DNA of 49,996 nt, counting the filler, from Bipalium vagum (Eukaryota), in NCBI GenBank assembly GCA_037834085.1. It is 2 parts of 2 records of this genome, joined end to end, with 100 filler letters (N's around TTAATTAATTAA, not from the genome) between each part and the next. Parts side by side here need not be neighbours in the genome. Positions count along the whole stretch, not along the records: positions 1 to 27,530 come from JBBMKC010087151.1; 1 more part is not named here. One strand, given 5' to 3'. The translations under genes were made by a program, and so were the position numbers. The notes below the pieces were generated by a model, which was not told the origin of the DNA, did not search any database, and saw only the letters and a program-made list of their open reading frames with translations. Of the stretch, positions 1-11,316 are shown piece after piece; positions within the stretch are counted from its first letter, which is position 1; every line of letters begins with the position of its first letter.

Positions 1-376
1 TTGTAAAAATATATGTAAATATTTCTACGTTTTTCATAATAAATTCTATATGGCTAACACTTTTGAGCATGAGTATACTTCTTTTTATAAACGGCTTGAA
101 AATGCATAATTTGATGACCTTGTAACGTTCATTAGTATTGACACTCACGACTAAAGTCAAGAGAATTAGAGTAAACATTTAAAAAACATTTACAAGTGTG
201 ACTGGAAATTTATAATTTTTTATCGATTTTGATTGGTTGGAGAAAGTATATTTTTTAAACTTGCCAACTTTTCTTTTCCGATTACAAATTATTGATCCCC
301 GAAAAGCAATTCCGACTGGGTAGAAGAGAAGAAAAACAAGTGGTTTTTTTAGGATTCATGTTTAAATCAGGCATTA

Positions 377-411
<35 letters not shown>

Positions 412-467
412 TATTATTATTACTGTTATTAAAAAATAATTATTCTAAATATATATATTTTCTTTTT

Positions 468-733
468 CTAAAACGAAACGATATTGTTTATCTCTTCACT
501 TTCATTTATGGGGTGCGTGTACTTCTTTTCCTCCTTAGCCAAGAAAAGAGCCTTGCATAGAAATATATTCCACGTCGAACTTAATGGAAACTCCTCCCAG
601 TCACGAAGGAAGGTAATCTAAAATAATGGATGTCAATCACTCACCAAATCCTCTGAGGTTGCTTAAAGCATTAAAATAACCAATTTATTCAAATTTGCTT
701 GGCTTTTGTTTTCAGCTCTCGGAGCGAGATACC
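468..733 (-). pseudogene. Possible decayed spliced gene fragment (unknown product) with a 27-bp GT-AG intron at 618-644
   Basis: Minus strand reads ...ATSEDL|GTGAGT...TTTTAG|ITFLRDWEEFPLSSTWNIFLCK... in frame across a canonical-looking 27-nt intron, but there is an in-frame TAA just upstream (ML*AT). No recognised homology. Confidence 0.25.
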
Positions 734-1318
734 TGTTGGATAAATGGAAAATGGGTGAGAAGATGTCCGAATGAAAACGATTATAAGATGAAATGCCTTT
801 TGGTTTGGATGATTTTATATTTTTAAATTTAATGTTGCTTTGCTGTAATTTCTATGGTAACAATAATAATGATAATAATAATAATACTATTATTATTATC
901 AAAATAAATTTTCTGAAATATTCTATGATATTAATAGAATAATTATGGGAAACTGAAAATAAGCGTATCTCATGTCTCCAAAGGAAAGGCTATTTAAGAA
1001 AAAGAAGTGCTTTGCTACAAAATGTGGGGAACAATGAATATCTACAGAATCCCAGTGCAGTTCTTTCATAAATCCCCACTTGTAGACGGAAAAATCTCTC
1101 ACCAACGCAGCCTGGAGGAATACTTTTCCTCAATATTTCGTCCAATTCGTTTTGCATTTCTTTGTTGCTGCAAAGAAAATATAAGAAGACAACTTTGTAA
1201 GAATAAATTATTTTTATCTTTTAAATATTCAGGAAAACAGAAAATCGGAACAAGTGTTTGTACTTCATTTATTTAATTATTATTAATACTTTTAGATTAT
1301 AGAAAACATTTTACCTAA

Positions 1319-2210
1319 ATGTTTCTGGTCAATTTGTTTCTGCTAATAGTCACTGTCAAAGGCAACGGCTTTTACAAAACGGTTCAGTCCTGTGTGTTTA
1401 AAACGTTTACGGAGATAACAGTGACTTCTGAGATCGAATGTGGCGTTGAGTGTGATCTGACCGAACGCAAGGCCTTCATATTTGATGTCAAAGCCTCGAG
1501 CTGCTCTCTGTATCGATTTCTTGAAATATGCCAGTCAAACACCAGCTGTATTAACGTCACCATATTTGTCAATGATCGATATAATGGAATGGTGAATGTC
1601 TTTGTGCCAAAGATTGGTTTTAATTATCTTTCTCTTTTAGTTTCATTCAGATGTCACTCATCCCCGTTACCAAATATTGAAGAACATCAATTTCAAATTT
1701 GGCATTGGGACTCCGTCAGTTTTTAAAATTTCTAATAATAGTCAATCAATGCCAATATTGAAAAACGGGAAAAATATGGTGTTAAGTGCTCTTGGGTCTC
1801 ATTTCAAAAGTAAATTGATCACTTTGCCAGAAAGAAATTTGGTTGAGAATGCAAAGAAAATTACCAAATATAATGTTCTGCTAAATAATGTCGTTGCCTT
1901 TCTGACAGACGGGGTGTGCAGGACGTACCTAGATTGTGTCCTGCCAATTAATCAATACAAGGAATACATTGATCAACAAGACCTAGTGTTCAGAGTTTGG
2001 GAGACTGATTCCTTTGATTTGGGGAATTTGACTGAGTTATTAAGAAATAATCGCAGTTGGCACTTTATAATTGCAGGAACATTTTGGTCAGGAGAGTTGA
2101 AGACTGAAGTTCGACATTTAGCTAAGCTCTTCGGCATTTCTTGTAAAGACACACGTGGGACTAGCGACTGGATAATACATAAAAGCATTTGCAGAGATAT
2201 AAAGAAGTAA
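1319..2210 (+). CDS. Secreted PAN/apple-domain protein with uncharacterised C-terminal domain, 280 aa (family copy 1, intact)
   Basis: Exons 1319-1591 and 1641-2210 are joined by a 49-bp phase-0 GTGAAT...TTTTAG intron, fusing the 1319 and 1677 ORFs into one frame. Hydrophobic signal peptide MFLVNLFLLIVTVKG; PAN-like ECGVEC...KAFIF...CSLY. Two paralogues lie at 6277-6750 and 7620-8365. Confidence 0.8.
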
Positions 2211-2439
2211 GGAAGGCGAAATGTCACAGAACGAACGTCTTATGATTGTTTAGTGAGCTCGACTCATCTTTATTATTGTGGTCTTTATCATTGTGTAGTC
2301 CTTGTTTGATTATTTATTTTAATGGAACAATATTATATTTCTTTATTTCTAGATAACATTATTTATTATCTACATTCATCAACATTGTCCTGTCAGTGGT
2401 CTTAAAAAACAAAATTAACAACAGCTTATTAAAACTTTT

Positions 2440-2757
2440 ATTGTTGAAACATTAATATTATTTGTCATCTTTTAAATGATCACCATTACAACCAATAGGT
2501 TGTCTCCACCTTTTCCTTAGGGATCGAAAACATCCTTCGTATTCATCAAGTGTGTTTAATTTTAGATTTCGAATTGTTTCTTCCTTAATCTCATCAACAT
2601 TGGTATGAATATTCCCTATCATGAGACATTTCAAATTTCTAAAAAGCAGAAAAATCGCATGGTGATAGATCGGGAGAGTCTGGTGGATGTGGCACAACCT
2701 TAACTTGTCGTTTCGACAAAAAATTTGTGATAAATAACGAGGCACGGAGTCTTGCAT
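2440..2757 (-). mobile_element. mariner transposase C-terminal relic
   Basis: Frameshifted HPPDSPDLSPCDF motif followed by LFRNLK...VDEIKEETIRNLK...KRWRQPIGCNGDH, the typical mariner C-terminus. Confidence 0.8.
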
Positions 2758-2769
2758 ATAAAATTTATT

Positions 2770-3230
2770 TAATAAAAATAATTTGGAGTTTATTTCTTCA
2801 GGACACAGTGGATCTGCATGGATTTTTGACAGCTGCGCTGAAGTTATCAGCTGTAGTTGAATTGTGCTTCAGCCTTCTTCGCCAAGCTTTGTCGACATCG
2901 GAAAATATCACACTTCTAGATAGATCTCAGGATTCCTGTAACATGCTACTGCCAAATCTTTGCCGAGTATTCAATATTTGATGCTGCAAATTCTTTGAGA
3001 AGTGGACCAATTTTTGACCTCCGGACACCGATTTTCTCAAATACATCAACTGTTTTTGGTGGTACTGTTCCTAGAGACCCAATTATGCTTGTATGCAGTA
3101 CAACTTTATGATTAGACTTCAACACTTGAAGTCGATTACGAAGATCTGCATATTTAGCTAAGTTGTCTTCATCTGAATTCCTGAAATTTTCCAGGATATC
3201 CATCGGACATTTGACATCAATGAGAAAAGA
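2770..3230 (-). mobile_element. 3' end of a restriction-like endonuclease (RLE) non-LTR retrotransposon (NeSL/Utopia/R2-group-like), 5'-truncated
   Basis: LIDVKCP...N..KYADL...V.LHTSIIGSLG...IG...IW matches the C-terminal RLE domain layout. A short 3' UTR with AATAAA follows near 2790. Confidence 0.75.
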
Positions 3231-3235
3231 GAAAA

Positions 3236-4066
3236 TTTAAGAAGCTTTCTGGTCATTTGTTATTATGAGAAATTTATCAATGGATATGCAAAAAAGTCAA
3301 GAGTGTTAGAACAATTGTGTTGGAAGAACAATGAAAAATTAATATGGACCGAAGCATGCAATGAAGCCTTCCAAGAATTGAAAGATTCACTAACAAAAGC
3401 GCCAGTGATAGCTTTTCTCGACATTAAATGAACGTTTATATTAGACTATGAAGCGATTGAAGCAATGTTGTCACAGACAGATGATATTGGAAAAGAGAGA
3501 GTGATTGCGTCCGGATCACATGCAATGAACAGTCATGGAAAATAATATTGCATCACAAGAAAGAAACTATTAGCAATCTATTATTTCTGTAACCATTTTA
3601 AGCATTAATTGTATGGGAAAAAGTTTCTGGTGAGAACAGATCACAAAGCAATAGAATTCATGTTCAAGACGACCAAGCCAATAACACCACAATTTCAGAC
3701 GTGGATGAACTACCTCAGCAGTCTAGATGTAGAGCTTAAATACAGAAAAGGAATTGATCACACAATGCAGACATATTATCGATAAAAACTTGTCGTACAT
3801 GTTCTCAGTGTATGATGATTCATGAAGAGCCAAAGACAGAAAAAAGGAAGACCAGAGCAATAAATACAGTAAACGAAGAGGCAGTATATAAATGGCAGAA
3901 TAATGAAAATGAAATCAATCAGATTACAGAAGATATTGAAAAGAGAATTATATCTTATTCCCGCTTGGAAGATGGTCTGGTCAAAACGTTAGAAGGAAAG
4001 TTATGGATTCCAAAAACGAAGAGTCAAATGTTAGCGGAAGAGATTCACAGATCGAAGTGGTATTGA
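3236..4066 (+). mobile_element. Ty3/gypsy LTR retrotransposon pol relic (RT thumb/RNase H into the integrase N-terminal region)
   Basis: Broken frame WTEACNEAFQELKDSLTKAPV...ERVIA.GS...YCITRKKLLAI...LYGKKFLVRTDHKA...YRKGIDH, with stops and frameshifts. Confidence 0.88.
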
Positions 4067-4489
4067 GTCAAGTTTCGACTGAGTACATAACTTTGAGCAA
4101 TAGATGGAGTGTTATACGTTCATTTTTTACACATGAGAAAATAATCATAATTGCATAAATTAAGCTTATATTAAGATTATTTTATACAATAGTTCAATAT
4201 GTGCAACCAGTACGATGGACTTAAATCCTAACGACTGGAGATTCAATATAAGCAGGTTCCTTATTATTTCATATACACATTCATAGGTCAGTTCTTATCA
4301 AATTCGAGCCAATTTCGAATTTAAATGGTTACAATATCATAATAGCTTTGAAGAAACGATGAATTTCTTAATAAAAACATATTTGTTGGTTGTCAATTTT
4401 ATCTTTCTTGTTATTATTAACATTGGTTTTTATTGTAGGTCAATAAAAAAACAAATGTATTTCTGTAGGTCATAAAAACATTGTCCAGC

Positions 4490-5592
4490 GTTCAGTAGCG
4501 TTATTTTTAAGTGGTAAACCGTAATTCACTCATGTGTCAAGCAAGTGATAAGTGTATTAATGATAACAGTATAAAAATACCAGATGTTTTCTAAAGTACC
4601 CTTTGATTTAGAAACATTCAAGATTTTTAAAAATGCTGCAGAATGTCGAGGCACAAGTCAAAGTCTTCCGAAGACCCCACTTATTTTGTGTCAGAAGAAT
4701 TTGATCAAGGAACGAATGTAATTTGGAGGCTTTCTTATTAAGATTGAGTTGAAAATCTGTTCAAAACGCCCAAAAGACCATCCAGATGTTAATTAAATCT
4801 CATTTTCTATCGAGACTGATTGATTGTTGAATGTCTCAGATCGTCTTTGATTAACAGTCCCTTAACATGGACAGCAACAGACTGCTAAAAAGAGCTCGAA
4901 ACTTATACCCTGATTTTTCAAAAAATATGACTGCGTATTTTGCATGACAAAACATTCTGCGTCGCTGAGTTCAATCAAATTCCAGAATAGAAATTTTATG
5001 TTGTGAAGAAAAGAGAATGCATAGCGCCAAAATCTAAAATAAAAAACTATCAGTTCCGCTCAAAATATTTGATGTGGTACGCAATATGTTTATCTGGACG
5101 AAAAAGTAAAGAATTTGAAAATTAGGAGCAATCAATAGCGAGATTTACGTAAGGAGTGCCTGGAAAAACGATTGGTTCTATTTATTGAGTCCCATACTTT
5201 TTCTGTATTATCGGCCAGATTTGGCAGCTTGTCATTACAGTATACAAGCTCAAGAATTATACAGTCAGAATAACATCAATGTAGTTTCAAAAGACGTCAG
5301 CCCACCAAATTGTACTATTGGGTTAATATAAAATCTATGGCTAAAGGAAAAAAATTTAAAGCATCGAACCTTAAAGAGTTCAGGCATAAATGGCGTAATC
5401 AAGAAAATAAAATCAGCCCAGTAGATGTCCCGACACTTATGGGCTTGAAAATTGATTAGGGCCTGTATCTTTCGTATATTTACTGCTTAATGCTGTCGTT
5501 TTGTAATAAAGATGACTTAAAAATATTTCAATTTAGTTTCGATATATATTTTTCCATTTTTATTCCTGCCAGATTTTTTCTGAAACACCCTG
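4490..5592 (+). mobile_element. Tc1/mariner-superfamily relic, DD37E (TRT/ITmD37E)-like
   Basis: Degraded KECLEKRL...PDLAACHYS...VSPPNC...YW motifs. The right end CTGAAACACCCTG (5580-5592) is a CAGGG-type TIR. A diverged copy of the 5' part lies at ~7377-7560. Confidence 0.6.
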
Positions 5593-5671
5593 CATTTAAA
5601 CTGAATGAGAAAATATTATTTGGATTCACAAAAAGTTAAAAAGAATAAGAAAGGAAAGCTAAAAATACCAT

Positions 5672-6225
5672 TGTCAAAACGGTTCAGTGCCTTGGAGAGG
5701 ACAATAGAAAATATGTAGTAAAGGAAGATAAAAATGTAAGTTCAATGAGAACGAAAACGAGGAATTATTATCAAATGCAAACATCGACGCCCGCAACATT
5801 GCAACCTAATATCGACTGTCAATTTAAAAGTCATTTAAGGTATAACGGGAAGACGCAACGAAACGTCAGAACTCGCAATTAAAAAGAACCGTTAAAGTTG
5901 ACGATTGAATGAATTGTGGTTAGCTAAAAGATTAAGAAAGAACAGAATATGGATAACGAAGAGCAATTTCAATAATAACAATGAACGGGAGATATGTGAG
6001 TCATAAATGATAAAAGAACAGCTACCAGAGATTCTTGTTGAAATATGAGACCGTTGTCAGTGTGTTCTTTGCGTAATTAAAAGTATTATTCTAAAATGAA
6101 AGCTTCAATTTTAACCAATCAGAATTTGATAATATATTTCAGAGGAATATTGTAAGATTTTGTCCATTGGTAAAAGTGTGTCTTGAAGAATAAAGTAATG
6201 AACAACATTTATTTTATAAGTGACA
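5672..6225 (+). mobile_element. Candidate solo LTR
   Basis: 554 bp bounded by TGTCA...TGACA, non-coding, with AATAAA ~30 bp before the end. No target-site duplication is visible. Confidence 0.35.
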
Positions 6226-6276
6226 TAAATTATAACAAGTGATTTTAAGGACGTTTTGTGTTGTTATGGATTTCTG

Positions 6277-6750
6277 TTATGTTTCCACAGAGGTTTCTAA
6301 TTTCCCAAGAATATGGCTTTGAAGTCTGTTGTGATGAACTTTGTTGAGTAGAACTAAGTTTTCAATATCTTTGGGAGCCTTCAGAAAATGGTAAGCTAGG
6401 ATAAAGTGCGATTTGGTCTTCTCAGCGGTTGATTTAAAGTCGTTGAAATTGAATTTGTCTCCTGCCTTCAGGAAGAAAACTTGATTCATTATTGTGCCAT
6501 TGTGAGTTGTATAGTCTTTAACAGGATGCAGACATTGAAGGTAATTTCTACAAAGGCCATCCGTTAGGAACTCAACAAAACCGTTCGCCATCTTGATTGA
6601 TTCTAAGTTGTTTTTCTCAAATTTGGCAGTGAAAAGTATAGAAGCCTGCTTTTTCCAGTAGTGCCACGCTCTCAGATTCCGAAAGAAAGAGGGAGAGTGA
6701 AATAATTTGAGAAAAACATAATTCGGAATGAGAATTTCGTAAAACAACAT
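6277..6750 (-). pseudogene. PAN-protein family copy 3: C-terminal domain only, apparently 5'-truncated
   Basis: FVEFLTDGLCRNYLQCLHPVKDY...VF...F...HFILA aligns with copy 1 VVAFLTDGVCRTYLDCVLPINQY...VF...F...HFIIA. No PAN exon is found upstream. Confidence 0.65.
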
Positions 6751-7116
6751 TTTCAGCCTTGTACCACCATTGTAACATTACCTATCTTCTCTGCAATCTT
6801 ACCCTAACGAAAACCCCTTATTGTTACTAAAATTATTATTTTTTATCATCCTTTGTCTTGCTAAGAATAGTGATGATATGAAAATGTACTGAATAATTGA
6901 CTGAAATTATGAAGGAGGTGGTTGGTGTTTCTCTCCTTCACGCCTTAAGCAGAGACAGATTTGTCCAAACGTTGAGACCGTGATGATGACGATGAATACC
7001 GAAATGGTTTGCCGGGTACCACTTGACATGTTGATCTTCTACTCAAAAAGAATCATCTATGTAGGCTGTCCGGTTAATATTGAGAGAGATACTTCGCTAT
7101 TCCTCTATACGTGTCA

Positions 7117-7167
7117 GACAGCTCTGTCTAGCTATCCACCTCCTTGGACTCGGTTTGGGAGTAGAAA
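7117..7167 (-). repeat. Ectopic copy of the arfaptin terminal exon/3' UTR (38 bp + 13 bp, with 36 bp skipped)
   Basis: 7117-7154 is identical to 11306-11343, and 7155-7167 is identical to 11380-11392. Confidence 0.92.
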
Positions 7168-7376
7168 GTAGAATTTTTAAAGAGAGAGGAAAATATTTCA
7201 ACGATGAAGAAGGTAAAAGTGACTAGAAGCAGCGGAAAGAAAAGAAGTCGAAATCGAAGATCAGAGAATAGCAACAGGAGGCTGGAGTAAGAATCAGTGA
7301 GGCTTTAGCGATAAGAATAATGATCATCTGTCAAAGGACAACTTACGTTTTGTGTCACATTACATGTTTCAATTAG

Positions 7377-7560
7377 CGTTATTCTTCTTTGGTGAACCGC
7401 AATTCACTCAAGTGTCAATCAAGTACAACTTATAGGATAAAACATGGCAGATCTTTTATCAAACACCCTTTAATTAGGAGACATTCAATACAAATGCTGC
7501 AGAATGTCGAGGTCTTCCAAAGACAACAGTTATTCTGTGACAGGAACATTGAATCAAGTA
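7377..7560 (+). repeat. Diverged second copy of the 5' region of the 4490-5592 transposon
   Basis: Shares GCGTTATT...AACCG.AATTCACTCA.GTGTCAA.CAAGT...AAATGCTGCAGAATGTCGAGG with 4498-4730. Confidence 0.75.
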
Positions 7561-7619
7561 ATGAGAGTAAAGGTACAAAGCAGACATTGTTACAACAGTG
7601 TTACGCGCGCTAACCCATA

Positions 7620-8365
7620 AAATTTTTTAGAAATTCTTGAGAATTGTATGACTAGATAATGTACTATTCGTGAGAATGAACCCTTTTGTGTCGGTTTTCG
7701 AAATCCAATAAATCTTTGGACTTCATTACAAAGATTTGATCCTTCTTACCCGAGTGGGTTTTGTAATCCTTAATAGGATCCAGCCATTCGGAACGACTTG
7801 CCCAAGACTAGCTCGTTAAGAACTCCATTAAAGTATTCTTCATTTCAACAGTTTTCAAATCTTTTTCGTCATTTTTGGGCAGTGGAAAGAAGAGAATCTT
7901 GCTTCTACCATTTGAGCCCGAAACATTGATCACGTCTTTATTGTTATTTATCAATAACGAAAGTGCCTTTTGACTATCCAAAATAAAAATGCAATATAAA
8001 GGACTAAAAGCAGATTTTAAGCGAACATTTCTCAGCAACCGGTAACGAGAATTCGTTGGACCCACATTAAAATGCAGAAAAATTAAAAACGATATCATAA
8101 CAAATGTCTTAATGATCTTGTTGATCTTTCTACAAAGGTCCTCTCAGTTCGACATCTGTCATAGGACTCGCATATTCCTTGATATTTGTACAAAGAGCAA
8201 GCCGACTTGTCGTTCACTAGAAAGCTTTGCATCGGTCAAGTCGCACTGGGCAGCGCATTTGAGCACAAAAAGTCGCTGTATATGGTCAAAATGTTTTAAG
8301 TTGCATAATTGTGTCGCCTTGAAGAAACCACTGACGATTAAAGTGAGGCCAATTGAAGTGAGCAT
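7620..8365 (-). pseudogene. PAN-protein family copy 2, pseudogene
   Basis: GFFKATQLC...CAAQCDLT, then a frameshift to LVNDKSACSLYKYQGICES. Second exon reads FNVGPTNSRYRLLRNV...MEFLTS*...PIKDYKTHSG. It has a premature TAG at 7808-7810, frameshifts and a degenerate intron at 8072-8112. Confidence 0.8.
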
Positions 8366-8921
8366 AATGAGATAGTGTTGAACAGTACTCAGCGCTGAGA
8401 TATATTCATCTCTGTGTCCTGTTCGATTTTAATTGGTCAGATGGTTCGTTCTTAGAGACATGTTAAGCAGCACTATTGAATTGTCACGCTTAATTAGGAA
8501 ACCCTTATATGAAAGAAAGACCTTATTTTATGAGTAACGCTTGACATTGATACTCTTTGAGGAAAGATTGATTTCTCGAGTTTCTGTAAAATTTTGTATT
8601 AGTTATGTATCCCTTATTGTGCTCAGCACAGATTTTCATCCCTGACTTGTTTTTTTCCTTGTTTCCATTTCGTAAGGATATAGGGGAGAGTGAACGGGTG
8701 AATGAGAAACAAAGCGAGGAATTTTCTGTTTTTTTCAGGATTGTCGAGTCCTAAACCTGAAAAGGGCATAGCTCTCTCTCGAGGAAATTTGCTCCTTAAA
8801 GAAACGGTAACTCAACTGTGAGAAGCTAAAAATATCTGAGTAACATATTTATTTAATTTTGTTTGCAGTATATTGAGCTAAAATATTTCAATAATTAAAT
8901 AATTTTTTAATCACCACTGAC

Positions 8922-9233
8922 ATGGCGAACCACAACTCTCTGGACCTACTCCACGAAGCAATTCACCCTGGGATCTTCAACAAAGCAGATGTTGAACAAA
9001 TTATCAAGAGATGCACCAGGTACTTTAATGGTACTGAAGTGAAGAAGAATATGCGAAGCATCCTCACAGTAACTTTTTTAGACAAAGGAATCAGAGATGT
9101 ATACGAAAATGAAGGCAACTCTCTGGGTTTCGATGAAAAACTTCGAAAGGATTTCCATAAACCAACGACGATGATGAAAGACATTAAAGAGTTACCTACG
9201 GAAAGGAGACTACATCAATGTTTACAAAAATAA
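8922..9233 (+). mobile_element. Probable Ty3/gypsy gag N-terminal relic
   Basis: P.IF...DVEQIIKRC.RYF pattern resembles retrotransposon gag N-termini; the frame decays afterwards. Recognition by eye only. Confidence 0.35.
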
Positions 9234-11316
9234 AATAGAGAAACTAGCAGACAAATCACTGGCTACAAATTACAAAATTGCTACTTGAAGAAACGGTAGC
9301 GCGACTTTGCTGACTCTGAGGAGAAACGGACAGGCAGGTTCATTTTAAAAAGCTTATTACAGAATTGGACGTCCTAACAATTACGAGCTTTACCTTCTTA
9401 AATCTTAATGCACTTCCTCAAAAATCTTTCTCTTTTGAAACAAATTTATTATCAATTTTAAATTGATATTTCCTTTCATTGTCACTTTCCTCGGCGAAGA
9501 GCAACGTCGATATTCACACGTGCTAATTCATCAATTGAAATTACTTATTTGTTTTTCTGCTGCAAATAATCACTTGACGAAACATTAAAGTTTGTCACGG
9601 GAGGGTTCCTGGCCTTCCTCTAAGGCAGAGGTCTGAAGAGGTCGGGAAATTGTTGATCAAGATGTGTTACCTAATCATCTGTTGTCAATAGACATAACTC
9701 CTGTTGATTTTTATTTGGTTCGGTCGGATTGTCCGATAAAAGGAAGCTACGGTTACTTTAATACTAGTAAGGCCCCAAGAGTCAACAATAATGACAAAAG
9801 TTAAAGGATGGCTACATATCATTCTTATTAATAAAAACTAATTTTGGTTTTGTTTGGATTCCACAAGAACTCTACGAAGTCTTTTCAAGGTAGTCAAATA
9901 CCTCATCTCTTTAGAAGATGGACACGGGGAATTTTGGAAACAGTTGAATAGGCTTTATCGCATTTTTTCTCATTCTCATTATTGTAATAATTGTGCAAAA
10001 AGTAGAGCTATTTTGCTCGGCTCTGTGTAATCTTAATCCTTAAAAAGTTGCCATGTGTTTTTGTCATATAAATGATCAGCTGAATTTAATCCATAAAATT
10101 AATAGACAAGCTATGATAGATTTCCCCATAGTCCTGCGAGGAACATGTTGATGGTCGGGGGATAATCTATCGACTTCATGCATGACAGCACCCATAAAAG
10201 ACCTCTGCTGAAAAGGATTTAATTGGTGAGTTGATGCAGCACCTTTAACGGACATTGAAACACACCCAATGTTTAACTGTTAAAATCCAATGAATTTTCA
10301 AGGAAAACTTCAATTGTCGAAATTAAATTGATCGTTTTAAACAAATGTGGATAATTGACTGAGACTCCCCAAAATAAGTTGTAAAATTGCAAAACAAAAA
10401 AATAAAATTATTTTTTAATTAAAAAAATAATTTTTCATTTGGAGTTTTAAATTGAAAAATAATTTTTGGATTTTCGTTAACTTTTTCCTCGAAATTTTTT
10501 CACATTTCTCCTTCTCTATACATTTTGAAAAAGATTTTATGTCTGCTTTAAAAATAAGGATAACCTTGACTGTCTCTATAAAAAATGAAGCTTCAGACCC
10601 ACAGAGAAAGCTGAAATGGGATATCGGGACGCAAAGCTAATAACAGCAGAAAACCCTTATTCTTGTCGGAGTCTAACTAATAGGACCAGTGTGAGACGGA
10701 TAGTCGATTTGTGAAGCCCACAAAAACAATTGTCCGATGTATGGGTTTCTCAATGTGAAACTTTGATAAAAGCTGTGAAAGAACGCATGGTTCAAGCTAA
10801 TGTCTAAGGCAGATGTAACGAACAAAATAATTACCATACATTTCATTGTTATCCTTCACATATAAAGGGGAAACGATTACGATCCCAATCTCTTTAAATA
10901 CTTTAAACAAAATTCGTAACGTGACTTTTGACTGTGAAATTAACGAGCTTTGAACTTGCCTTCCACAACAGGATTGTATGATTTAGGGCTGTCTTTCACG
11001 TCGACAACTTCTCCCCATTTCGTCTGGAAGTCAAATTTCATTTTATCAAGAAGAGAACAGAACCGTTGTAATCTAGAATATTATTAGAAACAAAAAGGCG
11101 AAAAAGCCACCAAGCAAGAGAAGCCTGAAACAAATCTAAAGCAATCACACAAAACTAAACAAGTGATGGGCGTTGCACCAAATCTAAAAGGGTGCTAACC
11201 CAACACCATGCTCTATACGGAAAAATATCAATAGACAACGATATGCAAAAATTGGTCCCAAAGACGGTCAAGAATGTCTCGACCAGTAAGGCAACGATTC
11301 TTCCGGACAGCTCTGT

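Noticed and set aside
6771-7364. TGTAA...TTACA-bounded segment that might be an LTR carrying the arfaptin fragment
   Set aside because: No target-site duplication and no second copy in the window.
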